NCBI GenBank assembly: GCA_963770895.1
Contig: CAVYRF010000002.1
Span: 2,304,001-2,368,000 of the forward strand
From: an uncultured Acidobacteriota bacterium
GTDB taxonomy: Bacteria; Acidobacteriota; Thermoanaerobaculia; Multivoradales; UBA5704
Direction: 5' to 3'
Length of the DNA: 64,000 nt
Shown: positions 53,055 through 62,454 of the stretch, one piece after another
How the letters are laid out: every line of letters starts with the position of its first letter
How positions within the stretch are numbered: position 1 is the stretch's first letter
Position numbers and translations under genes: made by a program
Notes under the pieces: generated by a model
Seen by the model: only the letters and a program-made list of their open reading frames with translations
Told to the model about the DNA's origin: nothing
Databases searched by the model: none

Positions 53055-54662
53055 TCAGGGCGCGCCGCGGTGACCGAGCAGGACGGCGACGTCGTCCTGG
53101 TGGACGCGGGTCCAGTTGCCGGTGGCTTGCAGCTGCAGCGCCAGCGCGCCGTTGTCGGCCGCGGCGCGCGGCCACAGCACCCAGTCGGCGCCGGAGCCTT
53201 CCAGCACCTGCTGCCAGCCGGGCTCCAGATTCTGCACCTGGCTGTAGGCGCGCTCGGTGGCGGCGTCGAACAGCGTTTCGGCGCGCGGATCGATGTAGAC
53301 CTGCAGGCGGCCGTCGGTGCGCCAGTCCACGTAGCCGCCCCACGGATAGAAGGCGAACAGCTTGCCCCGCAAGTGGTGCGCCGCGGCGAAATCGAGCGCC
53401 GCGGCGGGCAGCAGGTCGCTGCGCGTGGTGGCGGCAAAGGCGCCGGACGCCGGCCGCGCCGCGAGCAGCAGGATGCATCCCACCGCGATGCCCGCGGCGG
53501 GCGGCACGGCGGCAAGCCACCACCGCCCCGCGCCGTCGCCGTCGCGCCGCGGGGCCGCGCCGTGGGCGCCTGCCGTGCCGCGTGCGGCCGCCATGCGGCG
53601 CGCCACCTCGCCGATCGCCAGCGCCAGGACCAGGCTCGCCGCAAGGGCGAAGAGTGGGATGAAACGGCGGCTGGCGCACGCCATGGCCAGGGTCACCGCC
53701 GCGGCGACGGCCGCCGCGCAGCTTTCGCGCCGGCGCCGGCGCCAGCCGCCGGCGGCGAAGAGGATCAGCGCCGCGATCGCCAGGACTCCGATCGCCCAGG
53801 GGAAGAGCGGCGCGCTCTGGCCGCGCGGCACGAAAGGCGACAGCCATTCGACCAGCAGCTGACGCGAGGCGCTGCCGGCCGCCAGCAGCCCCAGCGGGTA
53901 GGTCAGCGCGGCGGTGCCGTAGGGGTTGGCGAGCGTCGCGAACAGGCAGGCCAGCGCCGTGGCGGCCAGGTCGCGGAGCTGGCGGTGGCGGGCGGCAGAC
54001 CCCGGCTCGCCGGCCGGGAAGCAGCCGTCCACCGCCAGCAGCGCCCACAGCAGGGCCAGGCCGAAGACGACGCCCGCGTGCAGATTGGCCCACAGCGCGA
54101 AGAGGACCGGCAGCAGCCGGAGCGACCCCTGGCGCAGCACGGTGACCTGCAACACGACGACGGTGAACAGCAACGAATACAGGTGGGGACGGATCTCGAA
54201 AAACACCATCGCCACGTGCAGGGTGAACAGCAGCACCGCGAAGGCGCCCGGCCAGGGCGCGCCGAGCCGGCGCAGCAGACGGAACAGCAGCAGGAACGTG
54301 GCCAGCAGCAGCAGCCACTTCCACACCATCAGCGACGCCAGTCCGAAGCTCTCCGCCCAGCCTTGGAAAATGACCTGCGCCAGCCACTCATGGTCGTGCC
54401 ACGGTTGCCCCGCGGCGGTATAGGACCACGTATCCACCGCCGGCAACGCTTCGTGCTCCAGCATCCACCGCCCGGCCGCCAGGTGGAACCAGAGGTCGCC
54501 GTTGAACACCACGCCGAACCCCGCCGCGACGATGACCAGCGCCGCGGCCAGGCACCAGAGCCAGGCCACCCAGCGGCGCCGGCCAGGCACCGCTGCGCCG
54601 CCGTCGTCGCCGCCTTCGGCGGCCGGCGAGGGCGCTGCCGCGGCGCGCCGGGTGCGGGTCAC
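53055..54662 (-). CDS. Polytopic membrane protein, GT-C-like glycosyltransferase candidate
   Basis: First loop DLWFHLAAGRWM..HEWLAQ, RPHLYS, LWANLHAG, C-terminal YIDPRAE; start GTG 54662 inferred after the xseB stop. Confidence 0.7.
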   Translation of the reverse strand: MTRTRRAAAAPSPAAEGGDDGGAAVPGRRRWVAWLWCLAAALVIVAAGFGVVFNGDLWFHLAAGRWMLEHEALPAVDTWSYTAAGQPWHDHEWLAQVIFQGWAESFGLASLMVWKWLLLLATFLLLFRLLRRLGAPWPGAFAVLLFTLHVAMVFFEIRPHLYSLLFTVVVLQVTVLRQGSLRLLPVLFALWANLHAGVVFGLALLWALLAVDGCFPAGEPGSAARHRQLRDLAATALACLFATLANPYGTAALTYPLGLLAAGSASRQLLVEWLSPFVPRGQSAPLFPWAIGVLAIAALILFAAGGWRRRRRESCAAAVAAAVTLAMACASRRFIPLFALAASLVLALAIGEVARRMAAARGTAGAHGAAPRRDGDGAGRWWLAAVPPAAGIAVGCILLLAARPASGAFAATTRSDLLPAAALDFAAAHHLRGKLFAFYPWGGYVDWRTDGRLQVYIDPRAETLFDAATERAYSQVQNLEPGWQQVLEGSGADWVLWPRAAADNGALALQLQATGNWTRVHQDDVAVLLGHRGAP

Positions 54663-54672
54663 TCGTGATGAG

Positions 54673-54987
54673 TCACTGCGAAGTGGTGTCGCGGTCGCCC
54701 TCTTCGAGGGCCTGGACGATTTGGGTGACTTCGACTTCCGCTTTGCGGATCTTGCCACGGCAGAGGTCGAGCAGCTGGGCGGCGCGGCGCAGCTCGCGGG
54801 CCAGCTGGTCGATGTCGATCTGGTCGCCCTCGATTCGTTCGAGGATGCCTTCCAGCTCTTCCATGGCCTGGCGAAAGCCCAGGTGCGCCGTTTCGGCGGG
54901 CGCCGCCGTCGCGGCTGCGTCGGCGCCTGCGGCAGGCGGTGCGTCCGCCGCCGGCGCCGGGTCGTGGTGATCGTCAGCCTGGCTCAT
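54673..54987 (-). CDS. xseB: Exodeoxyribonuclease VII small subunit
   Basis: FRQAMEELEGILERIEGDQIDIDQL..LLDLCRGKIRKAE; downstream of xseA. Confidence 0.9.
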   Translation of the reverse strand: MSQADDHHDPAPAADAPPAAGADAAATAAPAETAHLGFRQAMEELEGILERIEGDQIDIDQLARELRRAAQLLDLCRGKIRKAEVEVTQIVQALEEGDRDTTSQ

Positions 54988-55021
54988 CGGGTCCCCTTGT
55001 CGGCGTGCGGCAGGTGCCGGC

Positions 55022-56512
55022 TCATCGGGCTGCCTCGTCGGGAGGAGCCGCATGGAAGTCCAAAGCGATCTGTGCGCCGGCGGCCGGCGCCCTGGTGTTC
55101 GCCGCCGCCGCTGGCGTGGCCGCCGCCGGCCGTGCCGCCGCCGCCACCACGCGGCTGCGCAGCATGCCGCCGGCGAGCTGGCTGGTGAGCAGGGCGCCTT
55201 CAGGCACCCGGCCAGGTTCGCGCAGCAGCTGGCCGGCGGCGTCGCGGGTGATGCTGAAGCCGCGCTCCAGGGTGCGCTGGGGATCGAGCTGGAGCGCCAG
55301 GCGCTCCAGCCCCTGCAGGGTGGCGCGAGCGGTGCGCAGGTGGCCGCGGGCGGTCGCGGCGGCGCGCTCGCCGTGGCGCCGGCGCTCGCGCTCGCTGCGC
55401 TCGACCAGGCGCGGCGCGGCGGCGATCAGGCGCAGCTTTGCGCTGTCGCCGCGCCGGCCGGCGGCACGCAGGGCGCTGCCGCCCAACCGGGCGAGGCTGC
55501 GGGTGTGCTCGGCCAGGTGGGCGCTGGCGCCGGCCAGCCGCACGCGCGCCAGGCTGACGCCGCGCTGCGCCCGGCCCAGCGCTTCGCGCGCCCGCGCCGC
55601 CGGCCGCGGCGCCTGGCGCAGCAGCGCCCGCTGCAGTTCCAGGACGGCGAGATCGACGCGGGCGATCCGTTCGATCAGGAACTCCGCCGCCATCGTCGGC
55701 GTCTTCAAGGAGGTGTGCGCGACCAGGTCGGCGATCGAGCGGTCGATCTCATGCCCCAGGCCGGTGATCACCGGGAACGGCGCGCGGGCGATCGCTTCGG
55801 CGATCACCCGGCTGTCGAACGCCGCCAGGTCGGTGCGCGCGCCGCCGCCGCGGATGAGCACCGCGCAATCGATCGCGCGGGCGCCGGGCGCCGCCAGCAG
55901 GGCGAGCGCCGACGCCACCTGCCGCTCGGCGTCGCGCCCCTGCACCGCGGCGTGCACGAACAGGACGCGAAACCCGTAGCCGCTGGCCCGCAAGCCCGAC
56001 AGGAAATCGTGGTAGGCGGCGCTCCCCTCGGAAGTGATCAGTGCCACGGTCAGCGGCAGGTCGGCCAGCGCCAGGGCGCGGTTGCGCTCCATCAGGCCGG
56101 CCGCCGTCAGCGCCGCCAGCGTTTCGCGGCGCCGCAGCTCCAGCAGGCCCAGGGTGAACGTCGGGTCGATCTCGCGCACGGTCAGCTGCACGCGGCCGCT
56201 GGGGCCGTAGAAGTCGAGGCTGCCGCGGCAGCGGATCTGCACGCCGTCGGTCAGGCGCTGGTCGGTCGCGGCGAGCACGCGTTTGACCCGCTGGTGATCG
56301 GTCGCCCACATCACCGCATCCAGCTTGCCGACGACGCCGTCGTCGTCGCCTTTTTCGATCAGCTCGAAATAGACGTGGCCGCGCGGCGACTGCTTGACGC
56401 GCTGCACTTCGCCGATCACCCAGACGCCGGAGAACGCTTCGCTGAGCAGCTCCCGGATCTCGCCGCACAGCTGCGAGACGCTGTAGGTGGGTTCCAGCAG
56501 GGGCAGGCTCAA
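55022..56512 (-). CDS. xseA: Exodeoxyribonuclease VII large subunit
   Basis: YSVSQL, GHVYFEL, VQG, RGGGARTDL.AFD, GLGHEID, TPT; TTG start with GGAGA RBS. Confidence 0.93.
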   Translation of the reverse strand: MSLPLLEPTYSVSQLCGEIRELLSEAFSGVWVIGEVQRVKQSPRGHVYFELIEKGDDDGVVGKLDAVMWATDHQRVKRVLAATDQRLTDGVQIRCRGSLDFYGPSGRVQLTVREIDPTFTLGLLELRRRETLAALTAAGLMERNRALALADLPLTVALITSEGSAAYHDFLSGLRASGYGFRVLFVHAAVQGRDAERQVASALALLAAPGARAIDCAVLIRGGGARTDLAAFDSRVIAEAIARAPFPVITGLGHEIDRSIADLVAHTSLKTPTMAAEFLIERIARVDLAVLELQRALLRQAPRPAARAREALGRAQRGVSLARVRLAGASAHLAEHTRSLARLGGSALRAAGRRGDSAKLRLIAAAPRLVERSERERRRHGERAAATARGHLRTARATLQGLERLALQLDPQRTLERGFSITRDAAGQLLREPGRVPEGALLTSQLAGGMLRSRVVAAAARPAAATPAAAANTRAPAAGAQIALDFHAAPPDEAAR

Positions 56513-56583
56513 AAGCGAATCTCCGTCAGACGGGAGCAGCTGTGGCGCGGGACGAGACAGGGGGCGCCGGCGTGGCGGCCCGG

Positions 56584-57132
56584 TCAATGATAGGACTTGA
56601 GCTCCTTGGACGACGTGAGCGGAATGGCTTCGGCCCATTCGATGGCTTTCTTGTCGCCCGCGGTCAGCTTGCCAAGGAAATCGACCGCTTCGTCCCGCTC
56701 GTGGAACAGCCGCCATATAAAGGTGTGGCCGGCGGGGGCGGTGAAGTAGGTGTAGTGCTTGGCGCCGTTGGAAAGGTCGAAGCCGAGGTTGGTTTCGCCG
56801 TTGACGCCGACGCAGGCAAGGGCGATGGCGCGGCAGGCCAGGGCCAGGGCCTTGATGGCGTCTTCGTAGTCGCTCAGCTCTTCGCGCGACAGCGGCGAGT
56901 GATAGAGCGAGATGCGGGTGCAGTCTTCTTCCGCCAGCAGGTTGTAAGGAATGTCGTTGCGGTCCATCGCATCCTTGGTCTCACCGGTGGTGACGAACAC
57001 GTCGTCGGTGCCGGTCACCTTGTAGGTGATGGCGTACACGTCCTTTTCAAGCTGCGAGAAGGCCTCGGCCAGGATGCTCTCATCTTCGATGGTGAAGTAG
57101 TACAGCCGGTTCATCAAGCGTCGCGCTGCCAT
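56584..57132 (-). CDS. Hypothetical cytoplasmic protein (about 180 aa)
   Basis: GGAG RBS, globular acidic composition, strong codon bias; no motif recognised. Confidence 0.75.
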   Translation of the reverse strand: MAARRLMNRLYYFTIEDESILAEAFSQLEKDVYAITYKVTGTDDVFVTTGETKDAMDRNDIPYNLLAEEDCTRISLYHSPLSREELSDYEDAIKALALACRAIALACVGVNGETNLGFDLSNGAKHYTYFTAPAGHTFIWRLFHERDEAVDFLGKLTAGDKKAIEWAEAIPLTSSKELKSYH

Positions 57133-57456
57133 AAACTCCGCTCCCCCACTGGCTGAAGTTGGCGCTTTCGCGCCACTCCGAATGCGCCAGTCTAGCACAC
57201 GGCCGCCAGCCGCCCGAGCCCCAGGCGCCGCCCGCCAAGCGGTTCGGTAGCATGGCAGTACTGCGGTGCCGCAGAGACCGCGCAAGCGGCGGTGCGCGAT
57301 GACCGCGCAATCACTCACGCCTTATTTGCGCCATCGCCGTCCACTCCCGCCTCGGGGGGAGGCAGCCACAAGGCGGGAACGCCACCCCAGGGGCTGCTGC
57401 GTGGGCGAGGCGCGTTGCGCGTGATACTCTTCCAACTCCCGCCGGCCCCATGAGCC

Positions 57457-59172
57457 ATGCTCACCAAATTGAAGATCCGCAACTTCAAGCTATTCGATGA
57501 GGTCGAGCTTGAGCTGGGCGATCGCGTCGTTCTGATTGGTCCCAACAACTCCGGCAAGACCTCGGCTCTCCAAGCCTTGGCCCTCTGGGACATCGGGGTC
57601 AAACGTTGGAGCGAGAAACGGGGCGCGGGTAGCGTCCCGGAAAAACGGCCCGGGGTCACCATCAATCGGCGCGACCTTATTACCGTGCCCGTGCCGGCCG
57701 CCAATCTGCTGTGGAAGGATCTGCACACCCAGGAAGCGAGCCACGAAAATGGCGGCACGCGCAAGGTGAACATCGAGGTCACCGTCGAAGGTATAGCTGA
57801 CGGCGCAACCTGGAGCTTCGGCCTTGAGTTCTATTACGCCAACGAAGAATCCTTCTACTGCCGCCCCTTGCGAACGGGGAGCGGCGAACGTATGGATTTG
57901 TCAAGGGCCGCCACCGAAGTTCGGGTGGCCTACCTGCCGCCGATGTCGGGGCTCGCAACCAGCGAGAACCGGCTGGACGAAGGCGCGGTGAATGTGGCCC
58001 TAGGCGAAGGTCGCACGGCCGAAGTCCTGCGCAACCTCTGCTACCGCGTATTGCAAGGGCCGAACGGCGAAAGCCAATGGCAGCAACTCGTTGACAGCAT
58101 GGGTTCGCTTTTTGGAATCACCCTGGAAAAGCCCATGTACATTCCTGAGCGCGGCGAGATCGTCATGGCTTACCGCGCTCGCCAGGGGGTTCGCCTTGAC
58201 ATCTCGGCCAGCGGCCGGGGCCAGCAGCAAACCCTGCTGCTGCTCGCCCACATGATCGTCAACCCGGGCGCCGTTCTGATGCTTGATGAACCGGACGCAC
58301 ACCTGGAAATCCTGCGTCAACGGCAAATTTACCAGATCCTGACAAGGGCTGCCGTCGCTACCGGCAGTCAGATTCTTGCCGCGAGTCATTCCGAAGTGCT
58401 GCTCAACGAAGCGGCGGGCCTCGACGTCGTCATTGCGTTCGTGGGGAAGCCGCACCGGATCGATGATCGCGGCAGCCAGCTGTTAAAGGCCCTCAAGGAT
58501 ATTGGCTTTGACCACTACTACCAGGCCGAGGAAACAGGTTGGGTGCTCTACTTGGAAGGCTCCTCGGACCTGGCGATCCTGAATGCCTTCGCCCACCGGC
58601 TGGACCACTCGGCGAAGCACTGGCTGCAGCGCCCTTTCGTGCAGTACGTGGCAAACCAGCCGCGGAAAGCGCAGGAGCATTTCCACGGCCTGCGAGAGGC
58701 CAAGCACGACCTGGTGGGCGTGGCTTTATATGATCGCCTGAGCCAGGGCCTCCCGAGGGATTCACATCTGCAACAGCTGATGTGGAGCCGGCGCGAGATC
58801 GAGAATTACCTTTGCCAGCGCGAAACGCTGATCGCCTTCGCTGAATCGGAGGGTCGGGCACAGACGGGAGGCGAGCTGTTCGCCGTTCCCTGGCGCGGCG
58901 CAATGGAGGAGGCGATCAGGGACATTGAGGCTGCCCTTGCGACGCTCGACTTGCCCTCTCCCTGGGGCCCTGACATCAAGGCGAGCGAGGACTTCCTCGA
59001 CCGGCTATTTGCTCGCTTTTACGCCAATCTTCGTCTACCGAACGTCAAACAGAAGTCCGACTACCATTTGTTGGTGTCATACGTGCCCCTTGAGTCGATC
59101 GACGCTGAAATACGCGACAAGCTCGACGCCATAGCATCCGTGGCGGCTGGCGCCCGACCCAGGCGATCGTGA
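57457..59172 (+). CDS. OLD-like ABC-ATPase plus TOPRIM-type ATP-dependent nuclease
   Basis: IRNFK, GPNNSGKT, signature-like SGRGQQQ, LDEPDAHL, ASHS; C-terminal YLEGSSD..LYDR..REIENYL; lower GC than neighbours. Confidence 0.8.
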   Translation: MLTKLKIRNFKLFDEVELELGDRVVLIGPNNSGKTSALQALALWDIGVKRWSEKRGAGSVPEKRPGVTINRRDLITVPVPAANLLWKDLHTQEASHENGGTRKVNIEVTVEGIADGATWSFGLEFYYANEESFYCRPLRTGSGERMDLSRAATEVRVAYLPPMSGLATSENRLDEGAVNVALGEGRTAEVLRNLCYRVLQGPNGESQWQQLVDSMGSLFGITLEKPMYIPERGEIVMAYRARQGVRLDISASGRGQQQTLLLLAHMIVNPGAVLMLDEPDAHLEILRQRQIYQILTRAAVATGSQILAASHSEVLLNEAAGLDVVIAFVGKPHRIDDRGSQLLKALKDIGFDHYYQAEETGWVLYLEGSSDLAILNAFAHRLDHSAKHWLQRPFVQYVANQPRKAQEHFHGLREAKHDLVGVALYDRLSQGLPRDSHLQQLMWSRREIENYLCQRETLIAFAESEGRAQTGGELFAVPWRGAMEEAIRDIEAALATLDLPSPWGPDIKASEDFLDRLFARFYANLRLPNVKQKSDYHLLVSYVPLESIDAEIRDKLDAIASVAAGARPRRS

Positions 59173-59255
59173 CTGCGCCGCGCAAGGTATCGGCGCTGTG
59201 CCGGCGCCGTTCGGCCTCGGATACGCGTTGCCCTCGATCTAACTAAGACTGAGGG

Positions 59256-61988
59256 CTAGGGGTAATATCCGCGCGCCGTGCGGGCCTTGAGGCCCGGCTT
59301 GAGCATCTTGACGTCGATCTGCCGGAAACCGGAGCTGCCCGCCGTCACGTTGGATTGGAACGCCAGCAGGTAGCGGCTGCGCAGCTCGCGTTCGATCTCG
59401 CCGTAGATGCCCGCCAGCTCCTCCGCCTTGCTGACGAAGAAGACGCGGCCGCCGGTCGAGTCGGTGAGGCGCTTGAGCTTGCCGCGGATGCCGACGTAGC
59501 GCACCGGGATGTTGAGGCCGATGACGTAGATCGCGACGCCGCTGCGTTCGGCGAACTCGAAGGCCTCTTCGAAGCTCAGCTGGCTGCTGGTGTCGTCGCC
59601 GTCGGAGAGCAGCACCAGGGCGCGCTGGCCGTGGGTGCCGCGGTAGTAGAACAGGCTGTGCACCAGCGCGTCGTGGATCGAGGTGGCGCCGTCGGCCTGC
59701 AGGCGGGAGATCGACTCGGCCGCGGCGCGGGGATCGTCGGTGAGCGGCATGCGCAGGATCGGCGTGTCGGAAAACGTGAGCGTAAAGCACCGGTCGCCCC
59801 GCCGCACCATGCGCTCCAGGAAGCTGCCGGCGGCGCGCTGCGCCTCGCCCAGCGACGACGCCATCGAGCCCGAGGTATCGATCAGGATGCCCAGGGTCAG
59901 CGGCAGGTTCTCGACCAGCTGGAACTTTTGCAGCTTCTGCGGCTGGCCGCCTTCGAGCACCTGGAAATCGTCGGCGGTGAGGCCGTAGACCAGCTTGCCC
60001 GCGCCGTCCGTGACGGTGGTGTAGAGCTCCACCAGGCTGACCGCCATCTCTTCGACGAACTGCGGCGAACGCAGGAAGCGCACGTCTTCCGCCCGGCTGC
60101 CGTCGTCCAGCTGCGCCGACACCGTGAGGTACAGGGTGTCGCCCTCCTTCGGCAGCTCGACGTTCGTTTCCCAGGGCGGCTGGGTGAGCTTTGCCACCAC
60201 CGTGTCGTTGAGCCGGAATTCCACCTGCTCGACGCGCTTTTCGGATGGCACGGTGACGTCGGCCACCGCCCGCACGCGGCCGGGGGCCGGCCGCGTGCCG
60301 CGCGCCGGGGAGGTGATCGCCACCGCCAGGCTGCCGTGCGGCTGGTTGACGACGATCTCGTCCGACTGCACCAGCTTGCCGCCGGCGTCGAAGCCGTCCA
60401 CGCGCACCACCTGCTCGGCCGGCAGCCGGTTGAGCCGCAGCTCGACGGAGTAGGGCGGGCTGGCGCGCGAGTACTGGACCTTGCCGTCGACCAGAAACGC
60501 CACTCGGACGATGCGCTTGCCGGTGATCAGCGCCTCGGCGCGCCACAGGCCGAACACCACGTCGTCGGGAGGCAGGATCTTGATCGAATCCTTGTCCACC
60601 GCTTCGGGCGCCGGCAGGGGCTGACGCTTCGCCGCCGCCCCGGTGGGCAGCGCCGGCGCCAGGCTCTGCGCCAGCTGCGACAGGCCCAGCGAGGTCGGCT
60701 CTCCCGGCACGATGAAGCCGCGCGCCACCAGTACTTCGGCGCCGCTGCCTTCGTCGTGGATCTTCAAGCGCATGACGAAGGGGCGGTGCGGGCGCAGCTC
60801 GCGGTCGATGTCGAGCGCCACCGGCTGCCCCGCCGCGGGAGCCGGCAGCCGGAAGCGCAACCGGAAGCTCTCGAAAATCTGGCCGCTGTTTTCGATCGCA
60901 CCTTCGACCGTGAGGCTGACCACCTGCGGCTTGCCGGCACTGCCCGCCGCGGCCGCCGGATTGGCCGCCGGCGCGGTGTGGCTGCCCGCGGCCGCCGGCG
61001 CGGCGGCGGCGCCGGGGGAGTCGCTGGCGCCGGCATCCTGGTCGGCATCGACCCTGCCGGTGGGCACGACCAGCACGATGGCGCGGGCCACCAGGCGCAG
61101 CCCGGACCGTTCGGGAAACGCCAGCTCGACGCGCGGCTCGGCGAGCGCCGGCGGCCCTGCCGGCAGCGTCGTCGCCGCCGCCTTGCGGGCCCACTGCGCG
61201 AGGTCGGCAGGCGGATCCAACAGCCCCTCGCCCTGGCCGTCGGGGCGCATGCCATAGTCGCGGTGCGCCGTCTGCATCGCTTCCTTCTCTTTGCGCCGCT
61301 TGCCGCTCAGCCCGCTGATGCCGGTGACCTGGTCCACCAGCCGCGCCTCCTTGCACAGCCGCAGGTCCAGGCGCCCGCCGTCCAACTGCTCGAGCCAGTA
61401 CTGCATCTCGGAGCTGTACAGGTCGCGCTTGTCGTCGGACTCGGTCCAGGCGCGGTACGGCTCGCCCTCGCTGGGCCGATACAGCACCAGGCTGCCGCGC
61501 CGCTCATCGGCCGCGGCGCCGGCGCCGTAGCTCCACACCTCCAGCGGTTTGAACGTCGTGCCGCAGTCGAGGATGGTGCGCTTGACCGGCGCCCCGTTGA
61601 GGAACAGCAGCTGCGCCCGCACGTCCTCGGGCGACACGAACTGCTGGTTTGCCAGCCGCAGGCGCCGTGCGATGCCCTCCTTGAGGTTCGCCGTGCTGTC
61701 GCCGTTGGGCGCGCGCGCCAGAAATTCGTCGATCCAGCGCTGCCGCGCGCCGACGTCCATGTGGGAGAGCGCCGTGCGCTGCTCGTCGCCGAGCAGCAGC
61801 TGCGGCCCATCCTGAAAGAAGGCGCGTTGCGGCTCGGGCCACTGCACCGGGTCGTCCTGCGCCGCCGGTGCCGGCGGCACCGCGGCCTCCGCCAGGGCGG
61901 CGGAGCGGGCCGACCGGACGGCAGGGCTGGCAGGCAGACAGAAGATCAGGGATGCGAGGAGCGGCAAACAGATTGCGGAATTTTTCAC
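59256..61988 (-). CDS. Secreted protein with degenerate GWxTD-like domain, Ig-like domains and C-terminal VWA domain
   Basis: N-terminal LLLGDEQR..WIDEFL..EDVRAQLLFLNGAP..LEVWSY; MIDAS DTSGS, LSDGDD, TGGRVF; start GTG 61988 inferred. Confidence 0.85.
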   Translation of the reverse strand: MKNSAICLPLLASLIFCLPASPAVRSARSAALAEAAVPPAPAAQDDPVQWPEPQRAFFQDGPQLLLGDEQRTALSHMDVGARQRWIDEFLARAPNGDSTANLKEGIARRLRLANQQFVSPEDVRAQLLFLNGAPVKRTILDCGTTFKPLEVWSYGAGAAADERRGSLVLYRPSEGEPYRAWTESDDKRDLYSSEMQYWLEQLDGGRLDLRLCKEARLVDQVTGISGLSGKRRKEKEAMQTAHRDYGMRPDGQGEGLLDPPADLAQWARKAAATTLPAGPPALAEPRVELAFPERSGLRLVARAIVLVVPTGRVDADQDAGASDSPGAAAAPAAAGSHTAPAANPAAAAGSAGKPQVVSLTVEGAIENSGQIFESFRLRFRLPAPAAGQPVALDIDRELRPHRPFVMRLKIHDEGSGAEVLVARGFIVPGEPTSLGLSQLAQSLAPALPTGAAAKRQPLPAPEAVDKDSIKILPPDDVVFGLWRAEALITGKRIVRVAFLVDGKVQYSRASPPYSVELRLNRLPAEQVVRVDGFDAGGKLVQSDEIVVNQPHGSLAVAITSPARGTRPAPGRVRAVADVTVPSEKRVEQVEFRLNDTVVAKLTQPPWETNVELPKEGDTLYLTVSAQLDDGSRAEDVRFLRSPQFVEEMAVSLVELYTTVTDGAGKLVYGLTADDFQVLEGGQPQKLQKFQLVENLPLTLGILIDTSGSMASSLGEAQRAAGSFLERMVRRGDRCFTLTFSDTPILRMPLTDDPRAAAESISRLQADGATSIHDALVHSLFYYRGTHGQRALVLLSDGDDTSSQLSFEEAFEFAERSGVAIYVIGLNIPVRYVGIRGKLKRLTDSTGGRVFFVSKAEELAGIYGEIERELRSRYLLAFQSNVTAGSSGFRQIDVKMLKPGLKARTARGYYP

Positions 61989-62077
61989 GTCAGCCAGTAT
62001 CGCACGCCTGCCCGGCTGCACGGTAGAGGGTAGGCCGATCCTCTGCCGCGTCAGAATTGCCGCCTCTGGACGCCAGG

Positions 62078-62100
62078 GGGGCGCCGCCGGGCGGCGCCCC
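62078..62100. other. GC-rich stem-loop between the Cys-rich peptide gene and the VWA gene
   Basis: GGGGCGCCGC-cgg-GCGGCGCCCC perfect 10-bp stem; no U-tract follows on either strand. Confidence 0.5.
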
Positions 62101-62133
62101 TGCCAAAACAGCGTCAGGCTCTGGCCAGGCTGG

Positions 62134-62340
62134 TCAGCCTGCGCAGGCTTTGAGGCAGTTGGTCTCGATGGCGTCGCAGTTCTGGATGCAGGTCTGGTTG
62201 CCCTTGCACGCGGTTATGCAGGTGCCCGCCTGAAACCAGCAGTTGTCGATGCACATGGTTGCCGCCTTGGCCTGGCTGCGGCCTGCCAGTGCGATCAGCA
62301 CCACCATCAAACCCAGAAGCAGCCTACGAAGTTTCCTCAT
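62134..62340 (-). CDS. Small secreted 8-Cys peptide (two copies of Cx3Cx6Cx3C)
   Basis: GGAGGA RBS; signal peptide MRKLRRLLLGLMVVLIALAGRSQAKA; mature ATMCIDNCWFQAGTCITACKGNQTCIQNCDAIETNCLKACAG. Confidence 0.82.
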   Translation of the reverse strand: MRKLRRLLLGLMVVLIALAGRSQAKAATMCIDNCWFQAGTCITACKGNQTCIQNCDAIETNCLKACAG

Positions 62341-62454
62341 CACTCCTCCAGTCTTATGAAACCTGCGCGGCGCATTGTATGCGCAATGAGTCTGTGCGCA
62401 ATGACAGGGAAGCGACGCTGCGGGAGGCTGCGGATTGTCTCGCCGCGGGTAGCA

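Noticed and set aside
62078-62108. Intrinsic terminator call for the stem-loop
   Set aside because: No U-tract 3' of the hairpin on either strand; kept only as a stem-loop.
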